This document shows positions 32,913 to 47,509 of a stretch of DNA of 64,000 nt, piece by piece (the first letter of the stretch is position 1; each line of letters opens with the position of its first letter). The notes beneath the pieces are model-generated. The model saw only the letters and a program-made list of their open reading frames with translations, searched no databases and was not told the DNA's origin. This stretch comes from the human T2T-CHM13v2.0 reference genome, Homo sapiens: NCBI RefSeq assembly GCF_009914755.1, contig NC_060947.1, one strand, 5' to 3'. Position numbers and translations under genes: made by a program.

Positions 32913-33350
32913 CTAAAAAATAATGAAAGCTGAGAGGGAAGTGAGTTGGCAAAACTAGGCATGTTACCTGTCTACCTGCAATAATCAGCAAAGATGATGG
33001 AGATGTGAATTTAATTAACATAAAAAGAAAAGGAGATGCTAGGAATAAATTTATAACATCTATTCTACATATCTACAAAGAACATAGCATGACTTTCCTG
33101 AAGTAAACAAAAACTATGTCATGCTCCCACGTCAAAAGATGACTGAGTTCGATTCTGTAAAGATTTTCAGTGTGCACACATTTCCTCATTGCAAAAGCAA
33201 AGTCAGAAAGATAAATGTTACACTTAGGGAAATCCGACAAAGCAATGATATTTTTAATGCCTAAATGTAAATTAAATAGATTATCAAGGAAAATTCTCAA
33301 CAAGGAAGAATAAGAAGTATCATTCAAAGTTAGAAAATTAACACGTGGAG

Positions 33351-33692
33351 TGCTATGGTCTGAATTTTATGTTTTACGTACAATTCGTGTGTTGAAACCT
33401 AAGAACCAATGTGATGGCATTAAGAGGTGGAGTTATTAGGCAAATTATTAGGTCATAAAGGTGGACCCTGCATGAATAGGATTAGTGCCCTTATAAAAGA
33501 AGCCCCAGAGAGCAGCCTTGTCCCTTCTGCCATGTGAAGTTACAGCAAGAAGATGGGCTCTTGACAGACAATGAATCTGCTGTTGTCTTGATCTTGGACT
33601 TCCCGGCCTCCAGAACTGTAAGAAATAAATATCTGTTTATAAACTTCCTGGTGTATGGTATTTGTTTATAGTAGCAAGAATGGATTAAGTCA
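33351..33692 (+). mobile_element. MLT1A-like MaLR LTR
   Basis: 'tgctatggtctgaat'...'cctccagaactgtaagaaataaat'...'ggattaagtca'. Confidence 0.85.
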
Positions 33693-34018
33693 CGGCTTTA
33701 CTTCCCCAAAAAACTCAAAAAGTCTGCTAGGAAATAATTATGTGTTGCCATGATATATGGGAAAACACATAAATAGTTAAAAATATCTATCCCTAGTTTA
33801 TATCACTAATCCTAAATTAAACCCCACTAAGTAGTGAAATTTTGAAACTTAAACTAGAAAAAGCATTTCATGAGGAAAGATGTCAATGTTTTCACATTTG
33901 TTATATGATATATATGTATACATCTTTCATATTATGCAGAACTCAGTGAATGTTCCCATTTGTTGGACAATGAAGGCATATTACACGTATCAGCTTCTCT
34001 AATAGTGACTTAGTGTAG

Positions 34019-34511
34019 ATATTACACTATGGTTTCAGAAAAACAGAACCAATCAGTGGTGTGTGTATGAAGAGAGAAGGCGGAAAGAAAGAGAGGGAAA
34101 GAGGCGAGGGAAAGGGCAGGGGAGAGAAAGAGAGAGAGACTCAGAGAGACAAGGGATTTATTCTAAGGAACTGGCTCACAGAGTTGTTGGAGCTAGCAAG
34201 TTCAATCTCTACAGAAAAGGTTGGCAGGCTGAAGATCATAGAAGGCTTGATTTGGCAACTCAAGTCTAAAAGGCAGCCTGGTAGTAGAATTCCTTCTTCC
34301 TTTGGGGACCTCAGTCTTTTCCTCTTAAGGCCTTCAACTCACTGGATGAGGCCCATCCATATTATAAATGATAATCTGCTTTATGTGAAGTCTACTTATT
34401 TAAATATTAATCTCACGTAAAATTTACCTTCACAACAACAACATGACTGGTGTTTGATCAAAACTGGGTATCATAGCTTAGCCAAGTTGACACATACAAT
34501 TAAGCTTCACA
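34019..34511 (-). mobile_element. MLT2(C/D)-like LTR
   Basis: 'gaaaaacagaaccaat', 'ggaactggctcac', 'gccaagttgacacatacaattaagcttcaca'. Confidence 0.75.
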
Positions 34512-35084
34512 TACATGTTTGTTTAAAATGAGAAACTGGATTTAAATATTAACGTACCATTGAGTGAATGCTGTTAAAAATATATATGGAATATAAAAAT
34601 TTGTCTGTATATATCTCTTGGATTCACCGGTTATTGTGAGGAAAAACTAAATTTATAATTAAAAACTAATTTAAAAAATATCCCAAATTCTTTCTCTGAG
34701 GTCACAGTTAAGTCTCTTAACCACACTCTCACCAATGCTTCCCACCTGTATGAAAATTATCAGTTTTAATTGAGTAAAACTGTAATTATTAAGCATTAAT
34801 AATGACTTAATGTTAACTTATCTACCAGTCTGGGTATTTATATCATATTCAAGGATTAAATTCATCTTCGATATACCAGGTCTTATAAAATTGTTACTAT
34901 CTATATATGATAGATTTGTTATTAATATAGGCAAAGAGATATATGTTAATTTTTTTTGTAAACTAGATTCTGACAGACACACTAGTGATTATATTCACAT
35001 ACCACTTACATCCATCGCTGTATAGGCAAATTCCTCACAAGCAAATGAAGCCCTGCATTTAAGTGAAAATTAATTTCATTCACG

Positions 35085-35300
35085 CTAGGGAGTCTGGGAG
35101 CTAGGTGATTAGGAGACTCAAACATATCAACTTGAAGCAACCTTGTTCCACATGATGCAAAGAGAATGTTGCTTATTTTACAACTTTGAATTCACAACAT
35201 CACATGCATTCCCCAACTAGTGAAATTCAACAGAGTGACCTTATAAAAGGAGATAATGAATTTCTGGAATACTAGAAACCAAACCGTACGGTCACCATAA
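35085..35300 (-). pseudogene. B-type (long) exon remnant, paralog of 55221-55441
   Basis: Shared 'aagcaacattc..tttgcatca' and 'tgcttc.agtt'. EFKV...GTRLLQ versus EFEV...GPSVLP. Confidence 0.65.
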
Positions 35301-37506
35301 AAAGCAATTATTCAAAGAGTATCATCATGTATGACAAAGAGATGGTGAGTTCAAAGCAACTGAATGAGCTGATGAAACCCTGCAGTATCATTTGAAATTG
35401 CAGCTGAACTATTAGAAGCCATTAACCTCTGCATTCCCCAGTGTGTCTTCTTAGAACTTCAAGATTTGAATTGAATGAAAACAAACATGTCTATCTAAGC
35501 AGGGATATACATAAAATGTCATACAGAACGAGCAAATTAAAAAATAAAGATAATACATATTCAATAAGTATATGAAACAAAAATGAATCACCACATCCTG
35601 GAAATTACAGTTGAACATGAATCTCTATATATTCTTGCCACATGACAAATAAAGCTGTGTGTTAAACATTAAGCATATGGAATTGGTTAAAAATCTGCTC
35701 TAAGGAAGCATGTTTCCTATGGGATGTTATAAAATTATGAAAATTATTTCCTCACTTCACTCAATTTGCAGCAGATTTTTAAAATACCCATAAAAATCAA
35801 TAGAAAAATACATTTACTAGCAAAATTATGTCGTCTGTGGTATTACCAAGTCCTACAGCTGATACAATTACCAGGAATTCTATCCTATTAAAAGGTGACC
35901 ATTTAAAGTGCTATTTGTGCAAACAAACATTGCTAGTAGTGTTAATAGTAGTAGTGATAGTAGTAGTAGCTTTAATGGTAGTGTTGGTAGTAGGAGCAAC
36001 ATTAATTATAAGTCACACTTGCTGAATGCACAATTGGGAGGTAATTACTGTGGAATTTCATGTATATTTTCTCATTTGATCATCGCAAAAAACATGTGCA
36101 GACCCAAATCTTAATAATTGCATATCCCAAATTTGTTATGACTAAATGAGGTAGCATGTAAAAATAAATTTGGAAACTGAACATTTGCAAAAATGCAAAT
36201 GCAATCATATTACCACAACATTTCTACCAAATATATTTAAAGATCACAAGATGCATTGCTATTTACAATCTACTTACCTTAGTGCTAAGGTGTAACACTT
36301 TCAGAAATTCTTAACATCAGTTAAACTGCCCTTTTCTCATTTCCAAATTTCTCCAGAAATTAGTACCTCAGAAAGCTTACAGCCAACCAGGATGAGGATA
36401 TGAAGGTTTTTCAAATCATTATGTTAGAGCTCAGTTCTCTGAATAAACTAAAGTCACAGATGCCACTAAACAACTACAGTGGTTCTTAGTGTCAAGAAGT
36501 GAGGTGAATAGAAAAAAAGTAAGCAACAATTAGTACAATTGCTGTCCAAAACAAAAATTGCTCAGAAAGCATGATGATTATAAATTAAAAAACAATTTTC
36601 AGTGAAATCCCCAAATATAATAGCTAGGCAAAAACTTACCATATCTTTTCCAGATATCTACAAGGAAAGCTGGAAATTTTTCCTGCAAAACCCCAAACCT
36701 GGATTGGTCATCTAATTCTATTATTAGAAGAGGAAGAAGATCATTTAGGGAAATTATTTTCTTTCAGTTGAGATTAACCCCCAGTGGTCCACTGGCTACC
36801 CTTAGAGTCTAAAGGTCTTGAGGACACCTTAGGTCCAGATGGCTCTCAGGACTCTGCTGGGTCTAAGAAAGGCAATTCAAGAGTGATTACAGTTCCACTT
36901 CCATCACCAGTCTGAAGGCCATCACAAACTTGTACTTACTCTACCCAGAAAGGACCCAGTGACATGTAATCTAAGTGACTGGCACATTTCTGAGTAGGGA
37001 ACTTCCCACAGCATGGCTAATTGTGGAGATGCTGCCCCATCTTGCATGTTCTCTCCCTGTAGCTTTCATCACTCCTCCGAGCATAGCATGATGCCTGAAC
37101 CCTGAACTTATTTATTCATTAGTCCTAGAGAATGCCCAAGCCCACTACCCTCCAACTTGCATGTATGCCTCACTGAGGACCCTCTCACTTGCTCTATGTT
37201 TATCTGGATGATTTCCAGGACCAGGAGAGAACAAGTTTGTTCCTGATTTCGCTTCTTCTTTTGGGAAATATCTTTATCTTCTGTATCCCGTAGGTGTTCA
37301 CATTGTAGCAAACGACCATGAAACTTATTTTGAGGATGACTGAGTTCTAGCTAACCACCAAGGATCTCCTGAGATCAATGAGGACATCTCAAGGTGCCTG
37401 TAACTCTATACCCTCACCAGTCTGAGGGCCACCACAAACTTGTACTTCGTGACTCTTATTCCACCCAGAGAAAAAACCAATTACATGTAATCTAAGTTAC
37501 TGGCAC

Positions 37507-37883
37507 TCTATTAGTCAATTGTCATGCTGCTAATAAAGACATACCAAAGACTGGGTAATTTCTATTGAAAAAAGAGGTTTAATTGACTCACAGTTCAGCA
37601 TGGCTGGGGAAACCTCAGGAAACTTGCAATTACGGTAGAAGGGGAAGCAAACACGTCCTTCTTTACATGGCGGCAGGAATGAGAAGTGTTGAGCAAAGCG
37701 GGTGAAAGCCCCTTATAAAACCATCAGATCTTGTGAGAACTCACTATCATGAGATCAGCAGCATGGGAGTAACCGCCCCCATGATTCAATTACCTCCCAC
37801 TGGGTCCCTCCCATGACACATGGGGATTATGGGAACTATGATTCAAGGTGAGATTTGGGTGGGGACACAGCCAAACCATATCA
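37507..37883 (-). mobile_element. THE1D/MSTA-like solo LTR inside one array unit
   Basis: MaLR LTR termini. TSD ggcac/gacac. Confidence 0.9.
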
Positions 37884-40800
37884 GACACCTTTCTGGGAAT
37901 AGCCCTGAACACAGCATGGTCGAAAGGGGAAGTGCTGCCCCATCTTGCATTTTCATACCCTGCAGCTTTCATCACTCCTCTGAGCACGGTATGATGCCTG
38001 AATCCTGAACTTATTTATTCATCAGTTCAAAATAATGCCCAGCCCACAAGCCCCCAACTTGCATGTCTCCCTCAGTGCCCTCTCACCTGCTCTATGTTTA
38101 CCTGGATGATTGCCCAGACCAGGAGAAAACAAGCTTGTTCCCGTTTTCTATTCTTCAACTAGGAAGTATCTTCATCTCTTCTATCACTTTCTTCTTTAAC
38201 ATGATGGAGTCTACATCATTAGGAATGCACCAGTAGAATTATCTTGAGGATGCCTGAGGTCCATGTGGCCAAATAGGATCTCCTGGCATCAGGGAAGGCA
38301 GCTCAAGGCCCTTGGAACTCCACATCAGGGGTCTACAGGCAACTATATGCTTGTACTTGGTAAGCCTTAGTCCACTCAGAGAGGAACTAGTTACATATAA
38401 TCTAAGTGACTGGCACCTTTCTGGAACATATTATGGACGAATGGGGAGGGGCTACTCCATCGTGCAATGTGAATCCCCATCCTAGAGAATGTCCAGCCCA
38501 CTGCCCTCCATCATGTATGTTTCCCTCAGCAAGAGCACTCTCACTTGGCTTCATGTTTACCCAGATGGTTGCCAGGACCACGAGAGAACAAGCTTGTTTT
38601 TCTGTTCTTCTATTAGGAAGTATCTTCACGTCTTCTATCCTTCTCTTCTCTATCATATAGGTATTCTCATTATTAGGAATGAACCACTGAAATCATCTAG
38701 AGGATGTCTGAGGTTCAGGTGGCCAGCTAGGATCTCCTGGCATCATTGAAGACAACTTAGGGCTCCAGCAACTCCAACTCATCGCCTGTCTGAAGACCAC
38801 CACACACTTGTACTTGGTAAGCCCTACTCCACTCAGAAAGGAAACAGTGACATGTAATCTAAGTGACTGGCACCTTTCTGAATAGGGCACTGCCCACAGC
38901 ACGACTGATAGTGGAGGTGCTGCCCCATCACCCACCATCACGCACTGCAGGTTTCATCACTCCCCTCAACACAGCAGGCTGCCTGAGCCCTGAACACATT
39001 TATTAAGTCCTAGAGAAGTTCCAGCCCACTGCCCTCCAACTTGGCATGCCTGCCTCAATGAAGACCTTCTCACTTGATTTATGTTTCCCTGGATGATGGC
39101 CAAGACGAGAAGAAAAAAAATCTTGTTCCCGTTTTCTCTTCTTCTTTTAGGAAGTATCTTTATCTCTTCTATTATTACCTTATCTAACCTGTAGGTGCTC
39201 ACATTGTTAGAAATGGATCATTAAAATCATCTTGAGGATCCCTGAGTTCCAGGTGGCTTCCAAATCTCTCCTGGGATCAATGAAGGCAGTTGAAGGTGCT
39301 TGCAGGTCTGTCTCCTCACCAATCTGAACGCCATCACAAAATTGTACCTGGAGAATCTTGCTCTACCCAGAAAGGAGCTGGAAACATCTAATCTAAGTGA
39401 CTGACCCCTTTTGGAGTAGGGCACTGCCCACAACATGGCTAATTGTGGGGGTGCTGTCCCATCTTGCATGTTCTCCCCCTGTAGCTTCCATCACTCCTGA
39501 GCACAGCATGATGCCTGAACCCTGAATTTATTTATTCAACAGTCCTGGATCATGTCTAACCCACTGCCCTCCAATGTACATGCCTCCCTAAATGAGGAAC
39601 CCCTCACCTGCTCTATGTTTACCTGGGTGATCGCCAAGACCAGGAGAAAGCAAGATTGTTCTCATTCTATTTTTCTAGTAGGAATTATCTTCATCTTGTC
39701 TTTCTCATCTATAACCTGCATGTGTTCATGTTGTTAGGGACAGACGATTTAGAATATCTCGACGATGCCTGAGGTCCACATGGCCAACTAAGGTCTCCTG
39801 GTATCAGGAAAGGTACCTCAAGGCTCTTGAAACTCCACCCTATCATGGGTCCAAAGGCCACTACAAACTTATACTTGTTGAGCCTTACACTACCAAGGAA
39901 GAAACCAGTGATGTATAATCTAGGAAACTGGCACATTTCTAAGTAGGACACTGCACACAGCATGTCTGATAGCGGAGGTGCTGGCCCATCTTGCAAGGTC
40001 AACCCCCGTCCAGGAGAATGTCCAGTCTGCTGCCCTCCATGACGCATGTCTCACTCAATGAGACATGCTCACTGCTCCATATTTGCCCAGATGGTTGCCA
40101 GGACCATGAGAGAACAAGCTCGTTTTCTGTTCTTCTATTAGGAAGTATCTTCATTTCTTCTATCTTTCTATTCTCTGAAAAATAGGTATTTCCATTGTTA
40201 GAAATGCATCATTGAAATCACCTTGAGAACACCTAAGGTTCAGGTGGCCAGCTAGGATCTCCCGGCCTTACTGAAGACAACTAAAGCCTCCAGCAACTCC
40301 ACTGCATCACCTGTCCGAAGGTCACCATGAACTTGTACTTGGTAAGACTTACTCTACTCAGAAAGGGAATAGTTACATGTAATCTAAGCAACTGATGCCT
40401 TTCCAAGTAGGGCACTTCCCACAGCATGTCTGATTGTAGAGGTGCTGCCCCATCATCCACCATCGTGCACTGCAGCTTTCATCACCCCACTCAACACAGC
40501 AGGATGCCTGAACCCTGAACTTAATCTTAATTCCTAGAGAATTTCCAGCCCACTGCCCTCCAACTTGGCATGCCTGCCTCAGTGACGACCTTCTTATCTG
40601 ATTTATGTTCACCTGGATGATGGCCAAGACAAGAAAAGATTGTTCCTGTTTTCTCCTTTTAGGAAGTAACTATCTTTTCTGTCATTGCCTTCTCTAATTT
40701 GTAGGTGCTCACGTTGTTAGAAATGATCATCTTGACGATGCCTGAATTCCAGGTGGTTTCCAAGGTTCTCCTGGGATCAATGAAGGCAGCTCAAGTTGCT

Positions 40801-42089
40801 TGCAGGTCTACCCCCTCACCAGTCTGAGGACCACCACAAAAGTGTACTTGGGGAGCCTTCCTTCACCCAAAGAGGTGTCAGTCACATGTAATCTAAGTGA
40901 CTGACAGCTTTTTGAGTAGAGCACTGCCCACAACATGGCTAATTGTGGAGGTGCTGTCGCATCTTGCGTGTTCTCCACCTGTAGCTTCCATCACTCCTCT
41001 GAGCACAGCATGATGTCTGAACCCTGAACTTATTTATTCATCAGTCCTGGATCATGTCTAGCCCACTGCCCTCCAAGGTATATGCCTCCCTAAGTGAGGA
41101 ATCTCTCACCTACTCTATGTTTATCTGGATGATTGCCAGGACCAGAAGAGAGCAAGATTGTTCCCATTTTCTATTTTTCTAGTAGGAATTATCTTCATCT
41201 TGCCTTTCTGATCTATAACCTGTAGGTGCTCATGTTGTTAGGGACAAGCCACTTAACTTATCTTGAGGATGCCTGAGGTCCACATGGCCAACTAAGATCT
41301 GCTGGTCTCAGGGAAGGTACCTGAAGGCTCTTGCAACTCTACACTATCATGGGTCCAAAGGCCACTACAAACTTATACTTGGTGTGCCTTACTCTACCTG
41401 GAAAGGAACTAGTGACATATAATCTGGGCGACTGACACATTTCTGGGCAGGGCACTGCACACAGCATGGCTGATTGTGGAGGTACTGCCCTATCTTGCAC
41501 AGTTATACCCTACAGCTTTCACCACTCCCCTCAACACAGCATGGCGCCTGAACCCCGAACTTAACTTATTCATAAGTCCCAAAGAATACCCAGCTCATTG
41601 CCCTTCAACTTGCATGCTTCCTTCAGTGAGTACCCTCTCATCTGCTTTGTTTAGCCAGATAATTACCAAGACCAGTAGTGAACACACTTTTTCCAGATTT
41701 CTCCTCTTCTACAAAACATATATTCATCTTTTATCTTTTGCTTCCTTAACACATAAGTGCTCATATTGTTTGGTGTGCACCATCGAAATCATCTTGAGGA
41801 TGCCTGAGGTCCACGTGACCAACTAGGATCTTCTGGCATTCGAGAAGGCAGTTGAAAGGCCCCTGACACTCCACTGCATCAGGAGTCCAAAGGCCAGCCA
41901 AAAGTTGTGTTTGGTGATATTACTCCACCCAGAAAGGAACCAGTTACATATAATCCAAGTGACTGGAACTGTTCTAGAAAAGGCACTGCATACATTATGG
42001 CTGAATACGGAGGTGCTGCCCAGTCTCGCATGGTTGCTCCCAGCAGCTTTCATCACTCTCCTAAACGCAACAGAATGCCTGAACCCTGA

Positions 42090-42540
<451 letters not shown>

Positions 42541-44468
42541 ATCTTGTTCCATTTTCTGTTCTTCTATTAGGAAGTAACTTCACGTCTTCTATCCCTCTCT
42601 TCTCTACAGGTGTTCACGTCTTAAGGATGCCTGAGGTTCAGGTGGCCAGCTAGGATCTCCCGGCATTATTAAAGACAACTCCTGCAGCTCCACCCTATTA
42701 CCTGTCCGAAGGCCACCACAAACTTGTACTTAGTGAGCCTTACTCTACGCAGAAAGGACACAGTGACATGTAGTGTAAGTGACTGGCACCTTTCTGAGTA
42801 AGGCACTGCCCACAGCATGGCTGATTGTGAAGGTGCCGCCCCATCCCCCACCATTGTCCCCTGCATCTTTTATCACTCCCTTCAACACAGCAGGATGCCT
42901 GAATCTGGAACTTACTTATTATTAAGTCCTAGAGAATGTCCAGCCCACTGCCCACCAACTGTCATGCCTGACTCAGTGAGAACCCTCTCACTTGCTCTAT
43001 GTTTACCCAGTGATTGCCAGGACCAGGTGAGAACAAGCTTGTTACCGTTTTCTATTACTCTATTAGGAACGATCTTCATCTCATCTTTCTCTTCTTTAAC
43101 CTGTAGGTGTTCACATTGGTAGGAATGCACCACTGAAATCATCTTGAGGATGCCTGAGGTCCACATGGCCAGCTAGGTTCTCCTGTTATCAGGGAAGGCA
43201 GCTTGAGGCTTTTGCAGCTCTACTCCAACACGGGTACAAAGGCCACCACAAATATATACATGGTGAGCCTTGCTCTACCCAGAAAGGAGCCAGTGACATA
43301 AAATCTACATAAATGGCACCTTTCTGAGTAGGGCATTGCACACAGCATGGCTGATTGCGGAAGCGCTGCCCTGTGCCCCACCATTGTCCCCTGCAGGTTT
43401 TATCATTCCCCTCAATAGAACATGATGCCTGAACAATTTGATTCATAAGTCCTAGAGAATGCTCATCCCACTGCTCTCCAAACTGCATCCCTCCTTAAGT
43501 GGAGACCCACTAATCTTCTCCATGTTTACCTAGATGATTGACAGGAGCAGGAGAGAATAAGCTTGGACATGTTTCCTTTTCTTAAGAAGTATCTTTATCT
43601 TCTCAAACTTCTAAAAATGGAAGTTTTTTATATATATAGCATTTCATGTGGTTTGATCTCCCTAAAGTTTACACAAAAAACCCTCCAATACACCCACCAC
43701 ATCCTTCTTTTCTCCATATATTCCTTCATTCCAAATACATAGAATAAAAATGACAAGAATTGCAAAAATTCCTAAGTGAAGCTAAAGTACATTAGAGATG
43801 TGAAAGACAGAAACTTATTTTCTTCATCCATCCTTTGAGAGGAAACTACACTTTTAACTCATAACTTTTGAATTTTCCTACAGGCCTTTTGTGCTCTGAT
43901 TTTCCCTGAAATAATCTGAATCAGAGGGAGGTTGTAAGACAATATGTGGGGAGATACCTGACCCCAATCCAGTTCTCCTGGCCATGATTGGAACCTTGCA
44001 CTCACTCCCAACCATGAAATTACCAATACCTACGTGATCATTCATCTATTATTCTGCTACAAAGCGTGACACAAAGGTAGCAAAGTTTCATATCCTTTAT
44101 TCACCAAAACAAACGTAATTGTTGATAGGAGCAGCAGAGAAGAAATATGCCCAATATCTGGGACCCTTAGTGGTCTAGAAAAGCTGTGAGAGCAAACTTC
44201 TGAAAAATGATGCCTATTTTGACCCAGTTGTGCCAGTATTTATTTCTTGCATTGGCCTTAGGATGTTTATCTCACACAGATGATGATAAGCTGTTTACCA
44301 CGCAAGAACAAGCACTGAATACACCAGTTGGCATGGAGTCAGAGACTACTATGTATCTCCTTATATTTCATTGCCTTATTTCATAAGTTATGTGAAAAAA
44401 TAAAGGTAAATACAAATAAAAGGACAAGAGCAACAACAATAATTTATATTTCTGAAATGCTCACTTAC

Positions 44469-44795
44469 ACCACATCAATGTACTTGGGAATTTTATGTGA
44501 ATCTTCTCATATGTCCTCACAATCTTTTACATACTGACACGGATTTGTCATGAAGATTAATGAAAAAACATGTGAAGATACGCTTGGATCCTCAAATATA
44601 ACACAGGAGATATTATGCTTATGGCAACATAAAAGGCACATCTAGAGAAGAAAAATTACCTATGAAATTTCCTATTTACAACCTACTTAACCATCTATAA
44701 GTATGTGGGTAGTTCTATCACGTATAATTCACCAGCGCTATTAACTGTCTTTCTTTACACCAAATGGTCCCGAGATCTTGATAATTCTGATGCAT
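44469..44795 (-). pseudogene. C-type (~44691-44795) and A-type (~44469-44534) exon remnants
   Basis: GTIWCKERQL versus GTIWLKEIQL at 60576-60677. 'cttacac...caatgtacttg' is shared with 63620. Confidence 0.7.
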
Positions 44796-44992
44796 GAGAG
44801 AGCAATACAGGAACAGCTGGCAGCAGGTACTTTCAGATTTATGATGGGAAGGCAGAGTTCTCCTAAGTGCCTCGCTTGGGACATACTGACTGTGATGATG
44901 TGGAATGAGAATTTCTTTAATACAGCAATGCATTAAAAATGGAGATATCACTGTCTATCTAGATTGATTAAAACATTAAAACCACTAGATTT

Positions 44993-45305
44993 GGCCAGGC
45001 GCGGTGGCTCACGCCTGTAATCCCAGCACTTTGGGAGGCTGAGGTGGGCGGATCACAAGGTCAGGAGATCAAGACCATCCTGGCTAACACGGTAAAACCC
45101 CGTCTCTACTAAAAAAAATACAAAAAATTAGCCCGGCGTGGTGGCGGGTGCCTGTAGTCCCAGCTACACAGGAGGCTGTGGTGGGAGAATGGTGTGAACC
45201 CATGAGGCGGAGCTTGCAGTGAGCAGAGATGGGCTACTGCACTCCAGCCTGGGTGGTAGAGCGAGACTCCATCTCAAAAAAAAAAAAAAACCAAAAAAAC
45301 CCAAA
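44993..45305 (+). mobile_element. AluY
   Basis: AluY diagnostics. TSD aaaac(c)actagatt. Confidence 0.95.
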
Positions 45306-46324
45306 ACACTAGATTAGTAAGGTTGGGAGAAAACAAAGAGATACTACACTAAATACCTCCACAAACTGTCAGCATTAGCCATCAATCAATATTAGAAAAA
45401 TAAGAATTTTATCAAAAAAGAAAGATGGATTTGTAGAAGTGCCCAACCGCATACTCAGTTCTTGGAAAATACAAACCCTTCCAAGAGGAGACTTCAGGAT
45501 TGCTAAGGACTTAAACCCCTTACCAGATGAATTAGGTGGTGCAATGCTTTACTGAAAACTATTTTAAAATCCTAGTCTTGTAATCATACAACTGGAATGG
45601 TCTCAAAAATAATGAGCCATATCAGAGGTAAGGTGGTAAGGAATAGATAATATGTAAAAATTATGAGCTTCTTGTACATAAGCCTCTACATGTCTAGGGA
45701 TTTCCAGGCTCCTACCATTTGGTAAGTGGAGACTACAGTTTCCAGATCAGATGGAGGAACAGTGACCAAATTTATCTGGTGTCTAAAACAACATAAAACC
45801 CAGATATATACAGAAAAGCTTGCCTTCAGACACTGTAGAGTGATCTGTGAGAGAGGGGACACATTAGAACAGTCCATCCATTCTCCTGCCAACTTCTCAG
45901 AGAGAGAATATCGACTCCAGTGCAGAGAATGGGAACCCAGGCAAAGCCTGGCAATTTTCAACATTAACAGATTAAAATGGAAAAAAGAGACCATCTCACT
46001 AGATGCAGGGAGATATGTGACTAAATCTAACATCCATATCTGAAACATAATAACAGCAAATCAGGCATAGCACAGAGTATATCCTCAATTGCTTGAATGG
46101 CATCTATGAAAAAACACAGCTAAATTAAGACTTAATTGTTAACGTTCTTATGCTTGACGCCTGAGATCAGGAACCAGATGAGAATGTCCCACTCACCATT
46201 TCTGTGCAAGAATTATACCAAATTAAAGTAAGGAAATCAGGTAAGGACATAATATTTTATAGTTTGCAATCATGGATGAGTAAAATCAGGAGTCTGTCAT
46301 CTTCAACCATTGACTTCCCCTTAC

Positions 46325-46398
46325 CTGTGTTTGCAGTGGCTTCAATGCTTGCACTGCAAGTAAATTATCTCTGCAGGCATAGATATCCACAGAGTATT
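46325..46398 (-). other. Candidate exon (74 nt)
   Basis: 'atatttttctag|AATACT...ACACAG|gtaagg'. One open frame: YSVDIYACRDNLLAVQALKPLQTQ. Confidence 0.45.
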
Positions 46399-47373
46399 CT
46401 AGAAAAATATGTAAAATGAATAATAAAGCAGAACAAAGCAGAACACATTACAATATGTATATGAAAAACCACCAATGAAATCCTTTGAGTGATAACTGAT
46501 GATATGCTTCTTAGTACTAATGTAATAGCAGTGTTACTAGGACTGATACCATTAGTTATAGTATTAGTACTGCTTGCAGTAGTACTAACAGGAAAATCTG
46601 CTGAATGATTACATGTCTGGCAGATATGTAGTTCAGATTTTCATATGGATTTCCACATTTCATACACACAACAAATCAGTACCAAAGAGACAGTATCCTA
46701 ATGTTTTGATTTGTCATGGTGATTGAGGACATGTGTAGAACATACATTTGGAAATGGAAAAAAACCAGAAATATACAGATAAGCATAGTAATCACAGATA
46801 ATCATGTGATCATAGAACAACATTAAGTTAAGACTGCTACGCAGTGTTAACCTCACAGAAACCATCCACATTAACCTCAGAAAAACAGAAAATAAGAAGA
46901 AATTCATCTTGCTGCTATATGTCCTCCAGTCTGACCTAATAAAAGGTGTTTATTGAACATGCTCTTATTTTTACCAAAGTACTAGTAATATAGTCTCTAC
47001 TAGTACGACTACTCTACTACCAGTATCACTACAAGGAGGTGAAGGAAAAGCAGCAGTAGCTACATAACTGATGACTTACATGGTTTGCAATGTCCATGAG
47101 GCCTTTAGATGGATTATCTCTTTTGACCCTAACAACAAACATGTGCCATTGAATGTTTTACTGAATCAATGACTCAGGTAAGTTGCAAGGATTAAGGAGA
47201 CAACATTTGTAGACTCTTTTGGGACCTACAAAGAAACAAAGAAGCTACGTAATTATAGTATGACTATGAAACATTTAATACCTAAAATAAATGACATACT
47301 AATTTACTATTCACGACCTATGTAGCTATCAGCATGTATATTTTCTTTCTCATTTCTATTAGTAATAATTTAC

Positions 47374-47509
47374 CGGTGCTGCAGTTGGAGGATGAAAATC
47401 TTGAAAGGGCTGGCAGTAAAGCTCTACCAATCCATTATAATTGTGACGTCTCAAAATTTGCAAATCACAGATTATGGTACAGAATGAGGCTGTCTGTATT
47501 GAGTTCAGT
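47374..47509 (-). pseudogene. B-type exon remnant (136 nt)
   Basis: 'tatttag|ACTG...CACCG|gtaaat'. NFET...IGRALLP. Same length as 32436-32571. Confidence 0.45.

Noticed and set aside
35828-36025. Transmembrane-like ORF (LLVVLIVVVIVVVALMVVLVVG)
   Set aside because: Produced by a degenerate (TAG/GTA)n low-complexity tract. A similar tract exists at the paralogous 56.1 kb site.
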